Assembly (NCBI RefSeq): GCF_020745735.1
Contig: NW_026867442.1
Coordinates: 49,040-113,039 of the forward strand
Direction of reading: 5' to 3'
Length of the DNA: 64,000 bases
Source: Hemiscyllium ocellatum
Lineage: Eukaryota
Shown here one piece after another: positions 38,720 through 50,000 of this stretch; the stretch's first letter is position 1; each line of letters opens with the position of its first letter. A model generated the notes under the pieces. The model searched no databases and was not told the origin of the DNA. It worked only from the letters and a program-made list of their open reading frames with translations. Both the position numbers and the translations under genes were made by a program.

Positions 38720-40260
38720 GGAGGGCCATGTTTACTGGTCTCTTCTGGAGCATCCAGTGGGAAGGAGGTCCCTGTTTATTGGTGTCTATTGGAGGTTCCA
38801 GTGGAAAGAGGTCCATGTTTATTGGTGTCTATTGGAAGGTGGTCCATGTATACATCATTAAAGAGTCATAGAGGTTTACAGCATGGGACCAGGCCGTTCA
38901 GCTCAACTCATCCATGCCGACCAAGTATCCAAAACTGAACTAGTCCCATTTGCATGTGTTTGGCTCAATTCTCTCTAAATCCTTCCTATCCATGTTCCTG
39001 TAAAAATGTCCTTGAAATGTAGTAATTGTACTCACCTCTACGAATTCTTCTGGCAGCTCATTACACATACACACTAACCTCTGTGTGAAAATGTTGCCTC
39101 TCAGTTTCCTACTAATTTTTTCCCCTCTCAACTTAAGTTACTCCTTCTAGTACTGGATTCTCCTACCCTGAGGAAAAGACTTTGACTATTCACCTTATCT
39201 ATGACCCTCATGATTCTATAAACCTCTATAAGGTCACCCCTCAATCTCCTGCATTCCTTGGAAAAACATCTTGGCCTATTCATCCTCATCTTGTAATTCA
39301 AATCCTCCAATCTTTGTCACATCCCTGTTAATCTTTCTTGTATTCAAACCACTGTCATAACTTCCTTCTGAGAGTAGGATGAGCAGAAATGTACTGTGCC
39401 CAAATGTGGCCTTCCCAATGCCTTGTACAGCTGTAACATGATGTCCCAGCTCCTGTACTCCCTGCTTTGACCAGTGTAGGTGAGCATGCCAAATACTTTC
39501 TTCACCACCCTGTCTACCTGTGACCCCACTTCCAAGGAACTATGTACCTGTACCCCTCAGTCTCTCTGTTCAACAACACTCCCCATGGCTCTACCATTAA
39601 TTGTGTAATTCCTGCCCTGGTTTGTCTTCCCAAAATGCAACTCCTTCCATTTATCAAAATTTCCATCTGGATATGTTGACCCACTGGCCCAGTTGATCAA
39701 GATGACATTGCACTCTTGGATAACCTTCTTCCCTGTCCACTATGCCAACAATTTTAACATCAGCCACAAACTTACTGACCATTCCTGCTATTTTCTCATC
39801 CAAATTACTCATATAAATGATGAACAACAGTGGATCCAGGATCGATTCTTTTGACAGGCAGTTGGTCACTGGCCTCCAGTCTGAAGAACAACCCTCTCTC
39901 ACCAGCCTCAGCCTCCTATCATCAGGCCAATTTTATATCCAATTGGTGAGCTCTCCCTGGATCCTGTGTGATATAATCTTACTGAGCAGTCTACCATAGG
40001 GAACCTTGTATTAACTCCATGTAGACAGAGTGTACTACTCCATCTTTACCTATCTTCTTGCTTACTTCTTCAAAAACTCAACCATCTACTCATCTCCATT
40101 GGAAGTTCCAGTGATTAGGAGGCCCATATTTATTGATCTGTCTTGGAGGATCCAGTCAGAAGGAGATCCATGTTTACTGGTCTCTAGTGGAGGCTCTTGC
40201 AGGAAGGAGGCCATGTTTACTGGACTCTGTAGGAGAGTCCAGTGCATCATGGACTCCAAG
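38720..40260. repeat. Degenerate minisatellite (unit about 40 bp) split by a minus-strand CR1 fragment (about 38870-40080)
   Basis: Units like GGAAGGAGGTCCATGTTTATTGGTGTCTATTGGAGGTTCCAGT at 38720-38860 and 40095-40260. Confidence 0.6.
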
Positions 40261-40729
40261 GTGAGTGTGGGGTTCAGTTCCTTTCTGTTGTAACTGTGTA
40301 ATGGTTCAACCCACATCCCAGTAAAACACCCTGACTCAGAGACTGATCATGGAAAGGGAAAGAGAGGGGTAGGAGAGGGGAAGGGATTGGAAAATATTGT
40401 GAATGGACAGGCTGGATCAGTGGGTCAGAACCTGTGCTGCGCCCCCCCCCCTAGCTCACACTGATGGCCTGAGGATCTCCTCTCTCTGCAGGGCCTTCAT
40501 GGAATGAGCTTTGTGTCCAAACCAGTCCCCAGTGAGAACAGGCCAAAAGCACAGAACTGCCCTTCATTTGACAAGAATCTAGCCATCTTTCTGAGAGAGG
40601 CCAAATCCAGGTCAATGTGGAAAATGGGGCCTTACTCTCGGAGAAAACATGCTTCTGGGGTCAAGGGTTAACATCCATGAGTGGGGCAGAGAGAGGGAGA
40701 TTCATCCTGAATTCAACTGCCACAACCTG

Positions 40730-41190
40730 GGACACTGTGAGAAAGAGAGAGAAGTGAGTCAGAGACAAAGGGTGAGTGTCTGTACGTGTGTGTGTGTGTG
40801 TGTGTGTGTGACAGAGAGAGCGAGAGAGAGAGAGAGAGAAAGTGAGAGACATGAGTATGATTAGAAACAGAATGACAGAGAGGGAGGGAGTGCGACTGTA
40901 GATTGGGAATACAGAGAGGGAGGGAGAGAGACAGAGGGAGGTATAGAGAGGAGAGATAAACAGAGGATTTAAATTGAAGCGAAAGGGGGAAGGAGTTATG
41001 GAGACAGTGAGAGATGGAAAAATAAAAATTATGAGATGGAGTGAGAAAGCATGAGTGAATTGGGGAGTGTGGCTATGAGACAGAGTGAGAGAGAGAGAGA
41101 ACATGAAAGAGATTAACAGTAGGAGAGAGAGGGATAGAGAGAAAGAAGTGGCAGATGTGAGACAGAGAGAGAGAGAGAGAGAGAGGTGGA
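40730..41190. repeat. GA/GT-rich low-complexity tract upstream of V2
   Basis: (GA)n and (GT)n runs; mirror of 12480-13200. Confidence 0.9.
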
Positions 41191-42150
41191 TAGGTCCTGG
41201 TCACCACATTCTGGGAAGGATGTGACTGTACTTGAGAGGGTGCAGAGATTTACCAAGATGCTGCCTGGGATGGAGGGTCAGCTGTGGGGAAATCTTGGAA
41301 AGGTTGGGATTGTTTCCTTGGACCAGTGAAGGCTGAGAGGGGACATGATAGAGGGGGATAAGATTATTTGGGGCAGTGATAGCGTGGGTAAGAAGGCACT
41401 TTATATATCAGTAAAGTACTCAATAACCTGTGTCCCAGGTAACACAGACATGGACACAGAAACTCGGAACTGGAGTAGGCCTTTCGGCCCTTTGAGCCTG
41501 CTCTGTCATTCAGTATGATCATGGCTGATCCTCCATCTCAAAACCATATTCCTGCTTTCTCCCCATTCCCTTCATGCTGTTAAAATGCAAAACAATTATC
41601 TCTCTCCTTTTCTTGAATTTATTCAGTTCCTTGGGTTCCACAGTTGTCCTACCCTTTGAGTGAAGAAATGTTTCCTCATCTCAGTCCTAAATGGTCTACC
41701 CTCTATCCCCCTGAGACTGAGTCCCCTGATTCCAGACTTCCCAACCAGAGGAAACCTCCTCTCTGCCCAGCCCTGTTGGAATTTTATACATCTCAATCAG
41801 ATTCCCTCTCATCCTTCTGAACTTGAGTGAGTCCAGGCCCAGTCAAATTGGAGTGAGAGGAGAATTGAGGAGAAATGTTTTCACCCAGAAGGTGGTGGGA
41901 GTCTGGAACTCACTGCCTGAAAGGCTGGTTGAGTCACAAACTCTCGTGACACTGGAGCAGTGTTTAGATATTCCCTTGTGTTGCTGTAGCCCCCAGGGTG
42001 ATAGGTCAAGAGCTGGAGGATGGGATTAGTGTCATCAGATCTTTGTTTACTCACACAGACACAATGGGCTAAATGGCCTCATTCAATGTTGTTCACATCA
42101 ATGATTCTCTGAGAGAGCGCGAGAGAGCGAGAGAAGGAAGTGTGAGGGGC

Positions 42151-42230
42151 TGACGTGGCTCTCTCTGCCTGATGCCATTTACATACTGAGGAACACCCAG
42201 TCAGACTCTCACAGGCTGCAGCTTTATAAA
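42151..42230 (+). promoter_or_regulatory. V2 promoter: CRE-like, variant octamer ATTTACAT, TATA
   Basis: TGACGTGG 42151-42158, ATTTACAT 42177-42184, TTTATAAA 42223-42230. Confidence 0.75.
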
Positions 42231-42290
42231 GCAGAGCCCAGTGAAGGGAGAATTTATCAGGAACCAGGCACAGGGACAGGAGCACACACC

Positions 42291-42339
42291 ATGATTTCAC
42301 ACATCCAGCTGATCTGGCCCCTGGCATTCTGTATCGCAG
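42291..42339 (+). CDS. IGKV: Leader exon, cluster 2 (MISHIQLIWPLAFCIA-G)
   Basis: ATG 42291, donor G/GTACAA at 42340. Confidence 0.92.
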
Positions 42340-42525
42340 GTACAAATCTCTCTCCTTCCACCTTGAATCTTTAGCTGCTCTCCACTTGACTCCAATTCCA
42401 CTGACTTGTGATTGAAGGGAAAATGCTGAAACCAGAGGAATGCTCAGTGTCTCCAACAATCTCTCATTTGACCGGCTCTTTCTGTGACAGTTCTGACTTC
42501 ACCGTGTTTCTCTCTGACCCCTCAG

Positions 42526-42821
42526 GTATCAGTGGGGACATCATCATGACCCAGTCTCCCCCGGTGCTGTCAGTGGGACTGGGCCAGACTGCAACCACCA
42601 CCTGTATGACCAGTCAAAGCATTAGCAGCAACCTTGCTTGGTCCCAGCAGCGAGAAGGTCAGAAACCCTCTCTCCTGATCTATGATGCAGCAACTCGATT
42701 CACAGGAATCTCCAATCGATTCACCGGCAGTGGATCAGGGACCAGTTTCACCCTGACAATCAGCAACGTTCAGAATGAAGATGTCGCTGACTATTACTGT
42801 CAGCAGAATAGCAGCAGCCTT
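42526..42821 (+). CDS. IGKV: Ig kappa-type V exon, cluster 2; open frame but defective RSS
   Basis: [38 protein letters not shown]; about 95% nucleotide identity to V1. Confidence 0.95.
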
Positions 42822-42849
42822 TACAGTGATACAGAGCCATACAAAAACC
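42822..42849 (+). other. 12-RSS of V2 with mutated heptamer
   Basis: TACAGTG-ATACAGAGCCAT-ACAAAAACC; first C of the invariant CAC is T. Confidence 0.95.
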
Positions 42850-43295
42850 TCAATATGCACAACACCACCTCCTGTACTGACACGTCCAACAGTTATATGA
42901 AATGTATAATAAGGGACAGACAGTACCACCTCTTGCACTGACACGTCCACAGTTATATATAAAGTAAATTGAACAAATTACCCCATGCTGGGATTGTCAC
43001 TGTCTACTACACATTCCAGTCCCTGTAGTGTCCACCTCTCACTGAAGGCCTCAAGTTTCCCTCTTACACTCCATGGCCGCATGTGAAGAACAGCTGCAAG
43101 TTTTAACAATGAAAACTAAATTTCACAAACCCCCGAGAGTAGCTGGACACAACCCAGGGAGACAGAGAGAGAAAAAGACACATGAATGAGGGAGAGACAG
43201 AGAGGGGTAGGGAGTGAATGAGATTGACCAAGAATAGACAGAGACAGAGAGAGACAGGGAGAGGTTGAGAGTGACAGGGGGAAGCAGAGAGCTGA

Positions 43296-43334
43296 GGTTT
43301 TTGTACAGCCTCTGCACTGGGAGCTCTCACTGTG
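43296..43334 (+). other. 23-RSS of J2 (consensus)
   Basis: GGTTTTTGT 43296-43304, 23 nt, CACTGTG 43328-43334. Confidence 0.97.
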
Positions 43335-43369
43335 GTACACGTTCGGTAAAGGAACCAAACTCAGACTGA
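43335..43369 (+). CDS. IGKJ: Ig kappa-type J segment, cluster 2 (YTFGKGTKLRL), GC donor
   Basis: FGxG motif; donor A/GCAAGT at 43370-43375. Confidence 0.95.
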
Positions 43370-43743
43370 GCAAGTAAACCTCAATTGTCCGTTATTAACC
43401 CTGTCAATACTGAAATACACTTTCTAAAACACAAATGCTGAATTGTTGAAGGTGTTAGTGGGGAGCTGCAGTGAATGAAATGGTTGATTGAGGAGCACTG
43501 TGTCGAACAGGGTGTCCAGCTGTACTTCTTTAGTTCCATTGCCCCGCTTAAGCAGCAAGACAGAAGTCAGTCAGTTTTACTCACTGTGTGGAGGAGCTCT
43601 GTCCATTTGCAGCCTGTGGTCCCATTCCTGCAGCATGGAGTGAAATCAGTGAGTAGCCTCCTGCCAGTCTCAGTGTGACAGACTCAGGGCAGATTTTGAT
43701 GTGAGCTCTGGATCCCTGTCCCAGTCTCTGATCTCACTGACCT

Positions 43744-43767
43744 CAGCAGCAGCAGCAGCAGCAGCAG
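43744..43767. repeat. (CAG)8 microsatellite in J-C intron of cluster 2
   Basis: Direct count. Confidence 0.95.
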
Positions 43768-46244
43768 CACAGTGAGACACCGAGCTCCCACCTCCCCCAG
43801 CTTTAACTCTGCTCAATCACACAATCACAGAATTGTTACAGTGTACAAGGAGACCATTCCACCCATCCTGTCTGGACCGGCTCTCTGAATGAGCAATTCA
43901 CTGAGTGTCATTCTCCTGCCTTCTCCCTGCCACCCTGCACATTGTTCCTTTTCAACTAACATTCTCATTCCCTTCGGAATGTTTTAATTGAAGCTGCCTC
44001 CACCACACTCTCAGGCAGTGTATTCCACACCTTAACCACTCACTGGCTAAAAATGTTGTTCCCCATCTCACTTTTGTTACTTTTCCCAATTGCTTTCGAT
44101 CTGTGGTCTCTTGGTCTGAATCCTTTCTTAATTGGGAACATTTTCTCCCTATTTACTCTGTCCAGGCCCTTCCTGACTCTGAATTCCTTGAACAAATCTC
44201 CTCTCAGCCTTCTCCAAAGAAGACAGTCCCAAATTCTCCAATCAAACTTCATAACTGATGTTCCTCATCCCTGGAATGATCTTTGGGAACAATTTTTGCT
44301 ATCGCTACAAAACATTCGCCTCCTTCCAGAATTCTTCACATTATCTATGTCCCTCATGATTTTCCAAACCTCTACAAGGTCACTCCTCAGAACCTCCCGC
44401 TTCAGGGTAAGAAGTCTCAGCTTTTCCAGCCGCTCATAGTCAAAGAGTCATACAGCGTGGAAACAGACCTTTCAGTCCAACTTGTGCATGCTAACCAACT
44501 ATCCTAAACTGATCTCATCTCTTTTGCCAGCATTTGGCTTACATCTCTCGAAAACCAGCCTATCCATGTTCCCATCCCAATGTGTTTTAAATGTTGTAAT
44601 TGTAACCACCTCCAACACTTTCTCCGGCAGCTCAATCCAGACACGCACCACACCCTGTGTGACAAGTTACCCCTCAGGTCCCTTTTGAATCTTTTGCCTC
44701 TCACCGTAAAATTATGTCCTCTTGTTTTGGAATCCCTTTCCCACGGAAAAGACCTTGAATATACACCCAGTCCATGCCCGTCATGGTTTTATAAACATCT
44801 ATAACGTCACCCCGAGGCCTTAGATGCTGCAGGGAATATAGCCCCAGTTTCTTCAGCCTTTCCCTGTCGCTTGAACCCTCCAAATCCTGGCCACATCCTT
44901 GTAAGTCTTTTCTGCAGCTTTTTAAGTTTAACAACATCCTTCCTATCTCAGGATGATAGGATTGTTCACATCATTCCCAAAGTGGCCTCACCAATCTCCT
45001 GTACTGCTGCAACATGATGATCCAACTCCTGGACTCAATGCAGTGATGAACAAAAGCAAGCAAACCACACACCTTCTTCATCACCCTGTCTACCTGTGAC
45101 CCACTTTCAAGGAATAATGTACCTGCATCTTCACCCCTAGGTCTGTTATTCAGCAACACTCCACAGGGCCCTCCCATTAACTGTATAACTCCTGCCCTGG
45201 TTTGCCTTTCCAAAATGCAACATCTCACATTTATCTAAACTGAACTCCATTTGCCACTCTTCTGCCCATTGCCCCATCTGATCAAGGTCCCGCTGTACCC
45301 TGAGATAATCTTCTTCACTATCCACTGTCCCACCAATTTTGGTGTCATTTACAAACTTACCGTAACTCCTATATTCACATCCAAATCATTTCTTTAAATG
45401 ATGAAAAGCATTTGTGGACTCAGCACCAATCCTTGTAACACACAGCTGTTCACAGATCTCCAGTCTGAAAAGCAACCTTTTCCCACCACTCTCTGCCTCC
45501 AATCTTCAAGCCAATTTTTTGACTCCAATGGCTCGCTCCCCCTGGATCCCATGTGGTCTAACCTCACTAACCAGTCTATCATGTGGAACCTTGTCAAACA
45601 CTTTACTCTGAAGTCCATATTGACAATGTCTACTGTTCTGTCTTCATCAATTCTTTTGGTCACCTCCTGAATCAAATTCAGGAGACATGATTTCCTATGC
45701 ACAAAGCCACACTGATTATCCAAACGATGTAAATCCTGTCCCACAGAATCCACTCCAACATCTTACCCAGCACTGACATCAGGCTCACTGGTCTATAGTT
45801 CCCTCGCTTTTCCTTTCAGAAATAATGGCATAATCTTAGCCAACCTCTCTGTTTCTCCAGCACCTTATCCATGGTTGCCGATGATACATATATCTCAGCA
45901 AGGGTCCCAAAAATCACTTCCCCAGTTGCCACAATGTTCTGGGATATACCTGATCAGGTCCTAGGGTTTATCTACCTTTATGTGTTTTAAGATCTTTAGC
46001 GTCTCCTCATTTATGTGTGTTCTCTTTTCAAGACATCACTATTTTACCAAATTCCCTAGCTTTCCCCACAATATAAACTGAACTAAAGTATTTGTTCAGG
46101 ATCTCACCCATCTCTTGTGTCTTACCAAAATATAGCACTCCCATTTATCTGAATTAAACTCCATCTGCCATTCCTCAGCCCACTGGCCCAGTTGGTCAAG
46201 ATTCCATTGTATTCTTAGACAGCCTTCTTCACTGCCAATGATTA

Positions 46245-46555
46245 GATTAGATTCTCCACAGTGTGGAAACAGGCCCTTTGGCCCAACAAGTCCACACTGA
46301 TCTCCGAAGAGTAACCCACCCAGACCCATTTCCCTCTCAGTAATGCATCAAACACTATGGACAATTTAGCATGGCCAATTCACTTGACCTGCACACCTCT
46401 GGACTGTGGAAGGAAACTAGAGCACCTGGAGGAAAAACACGCAGACACAGGGAGAATGTGCAAACTCCACACAGACAGTCACCCAAGGCTGGATTCAAAC
46501 CTGGGACCCTGGTACTATAAGGCTGCAGTGCTAACCACTGAGCCACCATGCTGAC
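46245..46555 (-). mobile_element. HE1-like SINE, present only in cluster 2
   Basis: Same structure as 20240-20518; not seen at the mirror site. Confidence 0.8.
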
Positions 46556-46952
46556 CCCCACCCCTGAGCAACCACTAAGCCACCAATGCCACCTGAAAAT
46601 TCACCTAAACACACTTTTGCCAGTCTGGTCACTATATTCAGAAATTAAAGACCCCCCCACATTTATAACGGCTCTATCATATTTGCAGGTCTCTGTAAAT
46701 TCCTTGCATTTGTATTTCTCCACATCCTTCCCACTGGGTGGTGACTTATTGACTGCTGTGAGGATTCTGTGGTCCTTGGTGTTCCTCTCTGATATTTGCC
46801 CCTGGCTCCCACAGCCCTGCCAAGTTAGTTTAAACCCTCTCTAACAGTAGTAAACCACCTCACAAAAATCTAAAGCCCTCCCTCATGGATCCTCTTTCCA
46901 GCCCAGCAATCACCTGTGTTCACCTCCTGATTCTATTCTCACTTGTGTGGGG

Positions 46953-47040
46953 TGCTGAAAATGTGTTGCTGGAAAAGCGCAGCAGGTCAGGCAGCATCCA
47001 AGGAGCAGGAGAGTCGACGTTTCGGGCCTGAGCCCTTTTT
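46953..47040 (-). mobile_element. Truncated Penelope-like pLTR with 13-bp TSD
   Basis: CACTTGTGTGGGG 46940-46952 and CACTTGCGTGGGG 47041-47053; hammerhead truncated before CUGAUGA. Confidence 0.7.
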
Positions 47041-50000
47041 CACTTGCGTGGGGCACTGGGAGTAATCTGGAGATTCCTACTTTTGAGTTCCTGCTACTAA
47101 TTAGCAGCAGGAACTCAAAAGTAGGAAGCTCCCAGATTACTTAAAAGTAGGAAGCTCCAAAACCTCTGACTGCAGGACTACATCCCTTTTCTCCCTCTGT
47201 CACTGGGACCGATGTGGACCACGAACTGCTGCCTGTTCCCCCTCTCCCCTCAGGGTGGTCTGCAGCCGCTCAGTGATATCCTTGACACTGGCACCAGGGA
47301 GACAACACACCATCCTGGATTCCCATCTGCAGCTGCAGAAACACCTATCGACTGCCTTCACTCTCCAATCCCCTCTCACTATCACTCTTCCAGTTTTCCT
47401 TGTGCCCTCCTGTACAGCTAGTTCCCCCCGTGGTGCCAGGGACTTCGCCCTGGCTACACTCCCCAGATGAACCATCATTCGCATCAGGATTCTGAACTGA
47501 ATCCTGGTTGGAGAGTAGGATGTCTGGGGATTCCTGTACTAGCTGCCTGGTCCTTTTGGACTGTCTGCTGCTCCCCCATTCCCTCTCTCCCTGCATACTC
47601 TGAAGCTGCGGAGTGACCACATCTAGAAACGTGCTCTTCACGGACCTCTCAGCCTCACGGACGCTCCGCACTGACACCAGCTGCTGCTCAAGCTCCAAAA
47701 CCGGAGCTCCAACTGCTGTCACTGACCACACTTCCTGTACTCATGGTATTCCAGGAGCTGGGAAACATTATGAAGTTCCCACTTGGATGCACACTCTCTC
47801 CACTCTTGGATAATCTCTTTGCAAAGTTCTGACGACAAACAGCTACTACAGCAGGGCTCAGAGTCCAGTGTTCAGTGGGTTCAGTGTTCCAGGGTTTTGG
47901 AGAAACTCTCCAAAAGACTTTAAGAAATAGGAGCAGAAATCAGCCATTCAGCCCATTGAATCTGCTCTGCCATTTGATCTTGGCAGATATGCTTCTCACC
48001 CCCATTCGTCTGCCTACTCCACAGGAACTTTCCATCCCCTTAACAATCACGAACCTACCTATCTCTGTCTTAAATACACTCAGTGACTTGGCCTCCCTGC
48101 CCTCTGTAACAATGAGTTCCACAGATTCACCACCCTCTGGCTGAAGAAATTCCTCCTCATCTCAGGTCTAATGGGTCGGCCCTTCAATCTGAGGCTGTGC
48201 CTTGGTTAGCGAGTCTCTCCTGTTTTCGGAAACATCTTCTCCACATCCACTCTATCCAGGCCTATCTGTATTCTGCAAATTTCAATAAGATCCCGCCTCG
48301 TCCTTCTAAACTCCATTGAGTACAGACCCAGAGTCCTTAACCACGCCTCATATGACAAGCCCTCCATCCCCAGGATCATTCTTGTAAACCCCTCCAATGC
48401 CAGCACATTGTTTCTTAGAATATGGGTCCTAAATCTGTTCACAATATTCCAAATTCAGTCTGACCAGAGCCTTACACAGCCTTAGCAGTACATCTCTGCC
48501 CTTGTATTCTGGCACTATTGAAATGAATGCTAATATTTCATTTGCTTCCCAAGCACAGACTGTACCTGCCTGTTCACCTTAAGAAAATCCTGAATGAGGT
48601 TTGTGCTTTAGATTTCCAAAGGCTTTCCTCATTCAGAAAATACCTCCACACCCTGACTCCATTGATTCCTGAAAGATCATCACCAATGCCTCCACAATCT
48701 CCTCAGTGATCTCCTTCAGAACACACTGGTGTAATTCATCTAGTCTGGGTGAGTTATTCACACTCAGACATTTCAGCTTCCCCAGTACCTCCTCCTTAAT
48801 AATGGCCACTGCTCTCACCTCTGTCCCCTGACAGTCTTGAAGTACTGGGACACTGCTGGTGTTTTTCATTGTGCAGACTGATGTAATGTATGTATTCAAT
48901 TCCTCTGCTTTTTCTTCATTTCCTATTATTCTTTTTCCAATGTCTATTTCTGCCTCCATCTTCCTTTTTATATATCTGATGAAACTCTTGCAATCTTCTT
49001 TTATATTTCTGGCTCGCTTTCCCCCACATTTCACCTTCTGTACCCTGATTTTTTTTTTAGTTATCGTCTACAGGTTTTTAAAGACTTCCTAATCCTCTGG
49101 CCTCCCACTAATTTCCACCACATTGTGTGCTTTTTCTTTTGCTTTTATGCTGTCCTTGACCTCCCTCATCAGCCATGGTTACATTGTCCTCCCCTTAGTG
49201 TGTTTCTTCTTTTTTGGGATGAATTCCTACTCTGCTTCCTGAATTACCCCCAGAAACTCTGCTGTTTGCTGCCACATCATCTTACCTGCTCGGCTCCCCT
49301 TCCAATCAACTCTGGCCAGCTCCTTCCTCACGTCTTTGTCGTTCCCTTTACTCAACTGAAATACTGTTCCATCTGATTACAGCTTCTCCCTCTCAAACTG
49401 CAGGGGGAATTCTATCGTATTATGGTCACTTATCCAGAAGGATACTTTCACCTTCAGCTCACTAACCAAGTTTGCCTCATTACACATCACTGAATCCCGA
49501 ACTGCCTGTTCCAAACCGCAAGCTGTTTCAAAAACCATCTCATAGACATTCCATGAAATCTTTTTGTTGAGACGTGCTACCCAATCCACCTCTCCATTTT
49601 TTTAATGGATTTTCTGTCTCCTGATTGATTTCCTTCCCCACACCCTGTTTACTGCTTGGAGACCTGAACTTGCACCAGATTCGTTATTTCTTGGGTTCCT
49701 CAACTCTCCCCACACAGATTCTACACCTTTTGACTGTATCTTTCTTGCTATTGATTTAAAGTCATTTCTTACTAACAAGGCAACTCCTGTCCCTCTGCTC
49801 TTCTGCCTGTCTTTTTGATAGGATATGGATCCTTGGATATTTAGTTCCCAGCCCGGATCCCCTTACAGCCATGTCTCTGTGATACCCACAACATTGTACC
49901 TGCCAGTTTCAATCTGCACTACAAGCTCATTGTGTATACTGTGTGCATTTAAGTACAACACCCTCAGTCCTACATTGACTGCCCTCCTTCTCATCATTGT

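Noticed and set aside
43582-43588. CACTGTG followed by TGGAGG as an extra J segment
   Set aside because: No nonamer at 12 or 23 bp, no FGxG motif, and cluster 1 has CACCGTG there
43768-43774. CACAGTG after the CAG run as a cryptic RSS
   Set aside because: No nonamer-like sequence at either spacing
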